From the NCBI RefSeq assembly GCF_018977255.1, contig NW_024704752.1:744001-808000 (forward strand): DNA of 64,000 nt. The letters run 5' to 3'. Shown in pieces: positions 9,373 to 20,477 of this stretch; position 1 is the stretch's first letter; every line of letters begins with the position of its first letter. The notes under the pieces were generated by a model that did not search any database, was not told where the DNA came from, and was given only the letters and a program-made list of their open reading frames with translations. The translations under genes were made by a program, and so were the position numbers. The stretch comes from Callorhinchus milii (taxonomy: Eukaryota).

Positions 9373-12300
9373 ATGTTCAGCCCATATGTGTGGCTGCTCA
9401 TTGCTTGTTGTGTTTGGGGATCCCAGGGAAAGCATTGCAGGCTCCAAGGCAAGTTCAATCTATCGGAAATATCCAAAGATGGCGATATCGTTCTCGGAGG
9501 TATCTTTGATGTTCACCTTGACCGCTTTAAACAAATGAATACATTCGTTACTGCTCCAGAAGAAACAAAATGCAAAAGGTGAGCTCAGTAATGTTAGGGA
9601 CCATCGTATGATCAGACTTTAATGTATGCGCATGTGGTAAGCCTTCCCAGGTCCATTGAATGAATGTTGTATATTTAATAAAATTGAAGTGAAAAAATTG
9701 CCCGCACTTGAAAGGTTCCACATTTTTAACAGCAAGCCGAAATAGTATTTAATAAATAATTACTTAGACGCATTTTTGCTTCCTATTTTAGTAAAAATGC
9801 GCTCATCGTGTTCTAATCAAATAAAGCAGCAATAGCTTATAATGAGAGAGTCTCTTCCGGCAGATTAAGCTGTTGAAGTGCTTAGCAATGGATTAGTGTG
9901 AAGCCCCCACTTGATGGGGAGATAGCATGTTAACCTCGACTCTATCTGCTTGCACAGATGGCTGTGAAAGATTTTCTGGTTGTTTTAGAAAAGAGAATTG
10001 AGATTCTCCCCATGTTCTCGCCAGTATTGATTGGCTTCAGGGCTGCCTCAACTATCCTTATCATCTGTAACCGCAATTGCTGCACATCTCTTAACTTTGT
10101 AAACAAATGATTTCAAACGTTCTTTATGTCACATGGGCTATGTCAAATGCCGGGCTGATTATTATTGCTATTATTGAATGCATTTGGCCCAATGGAAAGT
10201 AACATTACTCACATTTAAAACAGCGTCTTTCACCTCGAGAGTACGTCTCAAAGTGCTTCACAGGATTTACTGAAAAGTGTAGTGATTCTATTCAAAAAGC
10301 ACCTTATTGAAGCTGACATACAATATACAGGACTCTGATATACCTGCAACATTAATGGTGGATTTCTCGTGCAGTTTGGATTTTAGAGCCTTCCGTCTGG
10401 TCAATACGATGATGTTTGCAATAGAGGAAATAAACCAGAACCCTGCACTGCTTCCTGATATTACTCTGGGATATAAGATTTATGATGATTGCGGATCTTC
10501 CAATATTGCCACTAAAGTAGCATTGAGCCTTGTGAACGGTCAAGGAGCAACAGAGGATGACCATAACTGTGAAGGGCCTCCTAATGTCCCAGCTCTTGTT
10601 GGTGGTGATGGATCCTCGGAGTCCATAGCTGTTGCAAGGTCAATTGGTCCATTCAGAATCCCAATGGTATGTCATCACGATAATACCACAACAACAACTT
10701 GTATTTATAAAGTGATTCTCATGCAGGATAGCATCCCAGAATGCTTGACAGTGGCAGAGGCTGATGCTAAGGCTGGAGGAGGTAACAGTAGGCATGGTCA
10801 AAGAGGAAGGTCTTCAGGTGTGATCTGAAGATGGGGAAGAAGGGTGTTCCAGAGTTTCTGGTGATAGTGACTGAAAGTGCAGCTACCGATGGTGGAATGG
10901 AGGGCACCAGGCACATGCAGGAGGCCAGAGCCAGTCGAGCGGAGGTAGTGGGGAGTCGATTGGGGAAGTAAGCAGTTTGGAGAGATATGAAAGGTTTGAT
11001 GGGGATACAGAGTTCAATGTGGGAAATATCGGTAGAATGTTAGTTATCCTCCTAAAAGAAAATAAGTATTTTACACTTACCCGAAGAATGAAATCACAGA
11101 ACAAGAAGAATATTGCGGATTAAATATATGTTAAGTATTCATGTTTGTTTTCTTTTTTAAATTGTGGTAATTAATGTAAATTGTTCTATTCTTCATTTAC
11201 TTTCAGTTCTGACGAAGTGTCCTGGATCCGGAACATTGACTTACTTTACTTTCTCTCTAGATGCTGCCTGAACTGTTGGTTGACACAGCAACTTCTGTTT
11301 TAATTGACTATAGTGGAATGGTTCAGATTGGAAATCAATATATTCACCAGAAGTATGTAAAATACAAGATATTTTTAATTTGATCCTAACTGTTTTCTGT
11401 CCAAATTTCTAATTAACTGCAGGTCAGTTACTTCTCTACCTGTGTCTGTCTCAGTGACAGGAACGAATATCCCACGTTTTACAGAACCATACCCAGTGAC
11501 TACCATCAGTCCAAGGCTTTAGCTCAAATCATTAAGAAGTTTGGATGGACGTGGATTGGGACTATCAGAAGCAACGATGACTATGGTAACTTTGGAATGC
11601 AGGCATTTGTAGACATTGCGCAGGAACTTGGCATTTGTATTGCCTTCTCGGAATCATTTTCCAGAACTGATTCTAATGAAAAGATAAGGAAAACTGTAAA
11701 CATAATTAAATCATTCACTGCAAAAGTTGTGGTGGCTTTTGCTGCCCCGAGGGAAATGCAGTTATTACTCAAAGAAGTAATACGACAAAACCTCACTGGA
11801 ATACAGTGGGTGGGAACTGAAGCCTGGATAACAGCCCAACTTATTGCCCCAAATGAAAGTGCGAGATTTCTTATTGGAGCAATTGGCCCAGCGATTCCTT
11901 CAGCAGAAGTAAAGGGATTGCAGGAATTCCTTCTGAAAATTCATCCGTCTAAGTTTCCCGGAAATAGTTTAGTTCAGGAGTTTTGGGAAACTGCGTTCCA
12001 ATGTAGTTTCTGGTCAGGAAACACAAGCCAAACAAACACAACATCCACATTGCAGCAATGCACCGGCAAAGAAGATGTAACAGAAATACACAATGGATAT
12101 TCTGATGTAACTATGGATGGAATTTCCTACAACGTATACAAAGCGGTGTACGCTTTAGCTCATGCACTTCACAATCTGCTTTTGTGTGAGAGAGGAAAAG
12201 GACCATTTATGAACAACACCTGTGCACACTCATCAAATTTTCAGCCATGGCAGGTAAGGAAACATTCGTACATAAAACATATCTGTATTGGTAACCAATG

Positions 12301-14635
12301 CTCTGTGTATTTTTTGAATTGTGTCAACCTACTGACGATTGTTAAGTTACTAACCATCTCATATAATAAACATTATCGTTCATGTAATGTGACGTTATGA
12401 TTCCTCAATGCTGCCTTACATTTGATCATATTCTTTGATATTGTTGTACAGATTCTCCATTACCTACAGTCAGTAAATTTTACATCAAAATCCGGTGACA
12501 GAATTTATTTTGATGAAAACGGTGACCCTGTGGCCAAGTATGACTTGATAAACTGGCAAAAGAATTTGAAAGGCGTTGCTGAAACTCGTGTAATTGGCTT
12601 CTACGATGGTTCCGCATCTCCAAGCCGGGAGCTTACGGTGAATGAGGAGGCTATCGTGTGGAGCAATGGTCAAACTGAGGTAGTTTTCTATTTGCTTTAG
12701 AAAGAAACTTGAATTTCAATTGCCATGAAGGAGAATGTCAAAGAGTACTTAGTAGGAATTCGGTTGTTAGTCGATCGGTGGATCACTTCAAAAAAATAAT
12801 AATAATAATTTGGACACTCAATCCACGACTGTTCGGAGGGCTCTGCTCAATTGGATGCTGCATTTTTCCCAGAGAATGTACAGTTAATTCACTTTGCAAT
12901 GTATCCTGTCAAGTACTTTGAGGCGTCTCAAAGACGTGATAAGGCGCCGAATGAAACGCAAGGATTATTATAAGAACATACGATATAGTAGCAGGAATAG
13001 GCCATTCGGCCCCTGGAACCTGCCCCACCATTTAATAAGATCACGGCTGATCTTCTAACCTAATTCAATTCACCCGCCCTATCCACATATCCCTTAATCC
13101 CTTTAGTTTGTAAAAATATATAATCTGATTCTTGATTATCTAATTTTATGATCATAAACATTGAAGCAGATTGCATTTGTATCGTTCCCTTCACATGCAA
13201 TAGCGACTTCGATTGCTTTACAGTAGAGGCCCTGAGTTGAGGGAATGAGAGAGTGGGAAGGTTACTGTCGGTGTGGTAGGTTCTGACATTCAAATTGAAG
13301 AGCGAGCGATAGAATGCATTTGAGGGAGAGTTTCAGAGTTCAGGTGTAGAATTAAACAGCTTTGGGACAACACTTATTTCTAATCAGTTCATTTGTGTTG
13401 TTTTGAACACATGCATTGACTAAAACCATTACTGATTACTAATCTGAACTGATTAATTAATCTGCATCATTTTATTTGACAAGTTTTATTTTTATTCTGA
13501 GATTCCACGTGCGGTTTGCAGTGAGAGCTGTATTCCTGGAACACGAAAAGTTTCCAGAAAAGGCCAACCCGTGTGTTGCTTTGACTGTACAGAATGTGCT
13601 GAGGGAGAAATCAGCAACATCACAGGTGAGTGTAAAATTCCTCTTCCTATTTAACGCTTCTCTTTCAAAAACTCCCTTTAGTAATATTCATGCCATACTT
13701 ACTGAATTATCGTACCTTTCCCAGATTCCACAGACTGCATTAAATGCCCTGAACAATATTGGCCCAATCAGCAGAGAGATCGTTGCCTACCAAAGGAAAT
13801 AGAGTTCCTCTCCTTTACCGAAATGCTGGGAGGTGTATTGCTGACATTGGCTCTGGTGGGAGTGAGCACCACAATAAGTATTGCCATTGTCTTCTTCACA
13901 CACAGAGACACTCCTATTGTTAAAGCCAACAATTCTGAGCTCAGCTATCTGCTTCTCTTTGCATTAACGCTGTGTTTTCTGTGCTCAGTGACTTTCATTG
14001 GCGAGCCCTCAGTCTGGGCTTGCATGTTGTGCCACACAGCATTCGCTATCGCTTTCGTTCTCTGTATTTCCTGTATTTTGATTAAAACAATCCTTGTGAT
14101 TCTGGCGTTTAAGGCAACTCTTCCAAACAACAACATGGCCAAATTGTTCGGGCCTGCTCAGCAGCGTTGGAGTGTACTCCTCCTTACCTCTGTTCAGTGC
14201 CTGATATGTACTCTCTGGTTAACTATATCACACCCATTTCCCATGAGAAACACAGAATATTACAGAGAGATTATCATTCTGGAATGTGACCTGGGCTCTG
14301 TGAGCGCCTTTTATTCTATGGCGGGATATATTGCTTTCCTGGCCGGAGTGAGCTTTGTGCTGGCGTTTCTAGCTCGGAAATTACCTGATAACTTTAATGA
14401 GGCTCAGTGTATAACCTTTAGCATGCTCATCTTTTGTGCTGTTTGGATCACTTTTATACCAGTTTACATCAGCTCTCCTGGGAAATACACCGTTGCTGTC
14501 GAAGTCTTTGCTATTTTAGCCTCGAGTTTTGGGTTATTGTTTTGTATTTTTGTTCCTAAATGTTACATTATTTTGGTAAAACCTGAAATGAATACCAAAA
14601 AACACTTGATGGGCAAAGTACTTGTAAATAAATAA
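9373..14635 (+). CDS. V2R/OlfC receptor gene A (type I), 6 exons, 863 aa
   Basis: join(9373..9578,10375..10666,11423..12253,12452..12679,13502..13625,13725..14635); exon sizes 206/292/831/228/124/911, GT-AG, frame consistent; signal peptide, Venus flytrap, cysteine-rich domain, 7TM. In-frame upstream ATG at 9331 is an alternative start. Confidence 0.93.
10686..11010 (-). mobile_element. L2 LINE 3' fragment in intron 2 of gene A
   Basis: ACAACAACAACTTGTATTTATA tail signature; absent from introns 2 of B and E. Confidence 0.65.
12750..13120. mobile_element. Degenerate Deu-SINE (+, ~12750-12970) followed by a CR1 3' end (-, ~12972-13120)
   Basis: CAATCCACGACTGTT...GCAAGGATTATT, then reverse complement of the CR1 3' UTR (CCCTATCCACATATCCCTTAATCCC). 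Confidence 0.7.
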
Positions 14636-16014
14636 GCATTGCCCATTACAGGTATAATTTGGGAGCAACAATAATGTTAATACTTAAAACGTTAATGCCT
14701 TCATTAAATGCACAAAAACACACATAAACTGTGTCATATATAATGTGTCATAATTGTAATGTGATTCATAAGATGTCTCATATGTGTAATGGAATTGGTG
14801 CTTCGGAGCATTTTCACATAATCTGGTAATGACTGCCTAAATATCTTACATTTAATGTTGCATTTGAGCTGAAGGTAATGTAATACTTTGCATTCCAATC
14901 TCGGGTTATTGCTGTAGAGGACAGACGATTTGGTGTCAGCCTGCCACGGTTGTTCTCGAGATATTAAACCAAGGCACATTCTACCCTTTGAGGAGGACAT
15001 TAATGATCCAATGGTACAATTGAAATAGAAAAGAAAATGCCTTTCTGATCATGGCCAGCAATCTCTCATATAAAATCGATAACTCACTTCATGTCTGTCT
15101 GTGAAATATTGTTTGGTGCAATTGGCTGCCGTGTTTCCCTACATATAGATAGCCTTCAGACCTCACAATTAATTCATGTGTTCTGTTCTGAGAGCTCTCG
15201 ACGACATGATAAGGCACCATGCTGATATGTTCACTTATGGATAAAACTGTAATTGTTGAATTGTTATGAATGTTTTGCTGTTTTGGTTGACTATTCTCAG
15301 GCCAACCATTTTTGCAGTGATTTCAACACAATATCAATGTTGATATATTTGTGGCTGACTGGAATACTCTTATCCATTCAAAGGAGAAATTGATATTTTC
15401 TTCACATGATTCTTATTTTCGTGAATTTGAGAGAAAAGCTTGCACATATTTAAGGATGTGACAGCTCATTCTCTTCGTTTTCATATTAAATTCACTTTAA
15501 GGATAATTGGATGATTTAAGAAATTGACAATCGCTTCCTTAGAACAGAATCTGGGTTTGCTCTGAACTCCAGCGATGCTGTACATGAACTCTTACAAGCA
15601 TAACGTTAATCTGTATATTAATAAACGTATTGATTGTTAAAGGTTACCAGTGGAGGTTGCTTTGGCTACCAGGTATATAGAGATAAAGGATTATAGATTA
15701 ATTCTGAGACTTCACTTATTGTTCCTCCTAATTATCCGTCTGAGTGCAGTCATAATACACTTTTGATGAGAACATAAGTTTTGCTAAATGAAAGAAGATC
15801 AAGTTCCATCCATTTTGCCTTCCACCCATCCTGGCAATCCAAAGCACATGTCACGTCCCAAACTATATACTGTATATACATTTGAACAATGTTACTCAGT
15901 TTTGATTTGATCGTCTGTATGTGGATTTGAAAGTTTGAACACCACAAGCATTTTGTGCAACTGATAATCCCAGTGATCGTAAATCATCCTTGCATTAACA
16001 TATGCATTTGGAAT

Positions 16015-16262
16015 CCTGTAGCTCAATGATTAGAGTACTTTCCTTTCATTAGTAGATGCAAATAAGCAGAGCACTTGCCTTGCAAGCGAGAGATCTGGGT
16101 TTGATTCCCGGAGGGTGATATGTTGGGCACATTCCCTGACTCCACACGCCTTATTTACCTAGCAGTGAGAAGGAACCTGCTGTTAGTCAATTGGGGGATC
16201 GCTTTTCCAGCGGTAATGATTCCTTTCAAAAAGTAATAAATTAGTCACTCAATCCATGACTG
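16015..16262 (+). mobile_element. tRNA-derived SINE, 5' half
   Basis: CCTGTAGCTCAATGATTAGAG head, B-box-like GGGTTTGATTCCC; similar to copies at 29307-29560 and 38913-39122. Confidence 0.7.
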
Positions 16263-16269
16263 GTTAATT

Positions 16270-17630
16270 CAGTCATCACTCCTATCCTCAAAAAACCCTC
16301 CCTGGACCCATCACTGTTCTCACATTACCGCCCCATCTCCAACCTCCATTTCCTTCCCAAGGTCCTGGAAAGAGTCTTTGCTTCCCAGCTTCGCTCCTTC
16401 CTCTCCTGCCACTCCCTTCACAAAACCCTCCAATCGGGTTTCCATGCCACCTGCAGCACAGAAACAGCTTTGGTCAAATTGACACATGACATTTTGTGCG
16501 TCTGCAACCAGGGCTCACTCTGCCTTCTAGTCCTTCTTGACCTCTCTGCTGCCTTCGAGAACCATTGACCACTCTACCCTCCTCCACCGGCTCTCCTGTC
16601 ACCTCAACCTTCATGGTTCTGTCCTTCAATGATTCAGATCCTACTTCTCACACCGTCTCCACTTCATCTCCACAACCGGTTTCTCTTCCGGCCCCCGTAC
16701 CGTCTTGTATGGCGTTCCTTGGGGAGCTGAACTTGGTCGCCACCTTTTCAATATCTATGTGCTCCCTCGTTGTGACATCATCTGCAGACATGGGGTCAAC
16801 TTCCACATATATACAGATGACACCCAACTCTATTTCTCTGCCTCCACCCTGGACTCTAGGATCCCTGCTGTCCTGAAGGAATGTCTGTAAGACATTGTGT
16901 CCTGAATGAGAGCTAACTTTCTACATTTGAACGGCAATAAAACCGAGACTCTGCTGATTGTCAGTGCCTCCACACCTCAGGCGCTGACAGCATCACCATC
17001 CAAGGATGCACACTCCATCTCACTGGGCCAGTCTGGAACCTTGGCATCTTGTTTGACCATCAACTATCTTTTCTACCCCACATCCATGCATGTTGTCATG
17101 TCTCGCTCTGGCTTCCCCCAGCTCCACAACATCGCCTGGCTCCATCACTGTCTCACACCACAGGCCACCTCATACACACTTTCATAACATCCAGGCTTGA
17201 CTATGCAAACTCCTTGCTTGTCGGCCTCCCCAACTCTTCCCTCCATATGCTGCAGATCATTCAGAACTCTGAAGCCCATTTTGTCTCCAGCACCAGGATC
17301 CGTGACCTTATCATCCCCATCCTCGCTCGACTTCACTTTCTTCCCATCACACAGGATACAGTTCAAGATCCTGTTCCTCACTTTCAAAGCCCTACACAAA
17401 CTTGATTCCCCCTACCTCTGCGACCTCCTAACCCCTTACTAAAGTGCCCACTTCCTCCAATCAGTGGACTCCAGCCTGCTTCATTTCCCCACCTCGCCTG
17501 CCCCACCATTGGTGGGTAGGCCTTCAGCCACTCTGCCCCACCCTCAGGATCACCACATCGCAGTCCCTCCACCTCGCTCCCTCCCTTGCCTCCTTCAAGA
17601 CCAATCTCAAGACTCTCCTCTTCGACCATG
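16270..17630 (+). mobile_element. Degenerate L2 LINE (RT region to 3' end)
   Basis: HIYTDDTQLY, FITSRLDYANSLL, FKILFLTFKAL; duplicated at 46345-47668. Confidence 0.85.
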
Positions 17631-19990
17631 GGTTACACCTGAACAGGATTGGGACCAATGTCCTCGCAGCGAGGTTAACTAGTGCTGTGGGCAAATGTTT
17701 CAACTAATTTGGAAGGGGGAAGGGAATCAGGATGCAGCATCAGAGAGGAGAAAAAAGTTACATAGAGGGCTGGGAGAGACGAATAGCAATGTAATAAGGA
17801 GTAATCCAAAAAAAGGAGGGATTAGACGGGGGAGAAATGCAGAGCAAAAATAAGTCGGTATTGGAGTGCATGAAGTGTGACAAATAAGGTTGATGAGCTG
17901 TGGCTCAAGTTGCCACATGGGGTTATGATGTATTGGCAATAACGGAGATCTGGCACAAACAGCAATGAGAGCTGAATATTCCTGACTACAATGTATTCAG
18001 GAGGGATAGGAAAGGAAAAATAGTGGGGGGCTGGCAATATAGATTAAAGACACAGTTTCGGCCCTGGAAAGGCCCGGTGTGCTAGAGGGTCCCAAAACAG
18101 AATCTATTAAGTTAGAGTTAAGGGGCAGAAAAGGCGCTGTTACTTTGTTAGGTGGATACTACAGACCAACAAATAGTGGGAAGGAGATAGATGAGCAAAT
18201 CTGGAAGCAGATTTCAGAAAGATGCAAACCAATAAGAGTAGTGATAATGGGGGACTTCAAGTATCCTAACATAGACTGGCAAAATAAGAGTATAAATGGC
18301 AATGAGGGAGAAGGATTCCTGAATTGTGCAGAATAACTTTTTGGATCAGTACATTTCCAGCCCAACGCGGAAAGAAGCAGATTTAGTTCTGAAGAATGAA
18401 GTGGAGCACATGGAGCAGGTTTTAGTAGGAAAGCATCTGGACAACAGTGATCACAAAACAACAACTTGCATTTATATAGCGCCCTCCACGCTGGGCAGCG
18501 TCTCAGAGCGTTTAAATATCATTAGGCTTAGGAAATTTATGGAAAGGGACAAGGAGCAATCAAAGGTGTAGATACTCAATTGGAAGAGGACTAATTTCAG
18601 TGAATTAAAAAGTCCGAGCCAAGGTAGACTGGAAGGAAAGATTGGCAGGTAAAATAGCTAATGAGCAATGAGAAGCTTTCAAGGTGGAGATAGTTTGGGA
18701 ATAAAGCAAATACATTTCCACAAAAGGGAAAGGTCGGCAACCAAACCTCCTTGGATGAATAAGGAAATTGGGATTAAAACAAAACAGAAAAAGGAGGTTT
18801 ATGATAAATGTCATGTCTACAATACAAATCAAATCAAATGGAATATAAAATATAAAAAGTACAGAGCAGAACTGTAAAAGGAAATAAGAGAGGCAAAAAG
18901 ATTGTATCAGAAAAGATTGCAGAGTAACATAAAAGGGAACCCTAAGGTACTGTATAAGAATATCAAGAATAAAAGGTAAGTCAAAGGTAGGGTGGGACCA
19001 TTTAGGACCAAAGAGGAAATCTTCTTGTGGCTGCAGAGGGCATGGCCGATGTACTGAATGAGTACTTTCCATCTGTCTTCACAAATAAGAGGATGCAGCC
19101 AATGCCACAGTATTGGAGGAGAGGGTAGGAAAATTGGATAGGTAAGTATAAACAGAGGAATGATACTAAAAAGATTGACAGTGCTCAAGATAGATAAGTC
19201 ACCCGTTCCAGACGGGATGCATCCTAGGTTAATGAGGGAAGTAAGGGTGGAAATAACGGAGGCTCTGGCCACAATCTTTCAATCCTCCTTGGACCCCGGG
19301 GTGGTGTCAGAAGACTGGAGGGTTGCAAATGTTACTCCCCTGTACAAAAAAGGGGTAGAAGAATAAATCCGGGAACTGCAAGCCAGTCAGCCTAACGTCA
19401 GTAATGGGGAAACTTCTATCTAGAGCTATAATCTGGGACAAAATAGTTTTTCACTTTGAAAAATAAAGGATAGCAAACATGGATTTGTTAAAGGCAAAGC
19501 ATGTCTGACAAACCTGATAACATTTTTTGGTGAAGGATGAAGGCAGTGCAGTTGATGTAGTTTATTTGGATTTTCAAAAGGTGTTTGATAAAGTGCCACA
19601 TAAGAGACTTGTAAGCAAAATAGAAGCCCACTGTATTAAAGGGACAGTGGCAGCGGATACAGAACTGGCTGGGAGACAGAGAGCAGAGAGTGGTGGTAAA
19701 CGGTTGTTTTTCTGACTGGAGGGAAGTGCAGTGGTGTCTCCCTGGGGTCAGTATTGGGACCACTGCTGTTTTGGGTCTATATAAATGATGTGGACTTAGG
19801 TATTAGGGAGTACAATTTTGAAGTTTGCATATGATACTAAGCTGGAAAAGTAGTAAACAGTGAGGAGGATAGTAACAGACTGCAAATGGACATAGACAGA
19901 CTGGTAACATGGGCAGACACGTGGCAGATGAAGTTTAATGTGGAGAAATGCGAAGTGATGCATTTTGTGAGGAAGAATGAGCAGAGGCAA
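17630..19990 (+). mobile_element. Degenerate CR1 LINE (endonuclease to RT), 3' end deleted
   Basis: [61 protein letters not shown]; nested short minus-strand L2 tail at ~18457-18513. Confidence 0.88.
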
Positions 19991-20477
19991 TAGAGAGACT
20001 TCATTCATATTTTAAAACAGCCATTACACATTTTTATGATACTAATGCATAAAGCATAGAGAGACTTCATTCATATTAATTAGTTGGTTGCTTATGTCAC
20101 GTATTTTATTTAACAAGAGTATTGCTTATCATAACGGTCTACGGTGCTGTTAGTTGGTGCCAAACAAGACAATAGCCACACATTAGGGATTTCACCGTAT
20201 TAAAGGCAGAAGTGTGCAGGTGGAATATGTTCGAAAGCCCCAATCATGGCTACAGGAGCTGAGGGATTAGTTACTGTTTCCATACTCAGGTCCGTTATTG
20301 CCCCTGGGATTCTCACAATGTATTTACACTTTATATTTGGGATCAGAAAAGGAGCTAATCCCACAAGTGATTACTGTTTGATACACTATATATACAAACA
20401 GATTCAACCCCACGTACAATACACAGCACAGTTTCATGCTGACAAGGGATCAGCAGCGGTTACCGAGAAGCTCTGTG

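Noticed and set aside
9141-9509. 122-131-aa ORF repeated upstream of A, B and E
   Set aside because: Overlaps the promoter and exon 1 out of frame; recurrence is explained by recent duplication; absent in type II genes
13945-14142. 65-aa antisense ORF repeated in every exon 6
   Set aside because: A by-product of the near-identical sense-strand sequence
9373-14635. Assignment as CASR, GPRC6A or TAS1R orthologs
   Set aside because: Tandem multicopy array, very short C-tail and V2R-type motifs ([18 protein letters not shown]) indicate V2R/OlfC; no specific gene symbol is supportable
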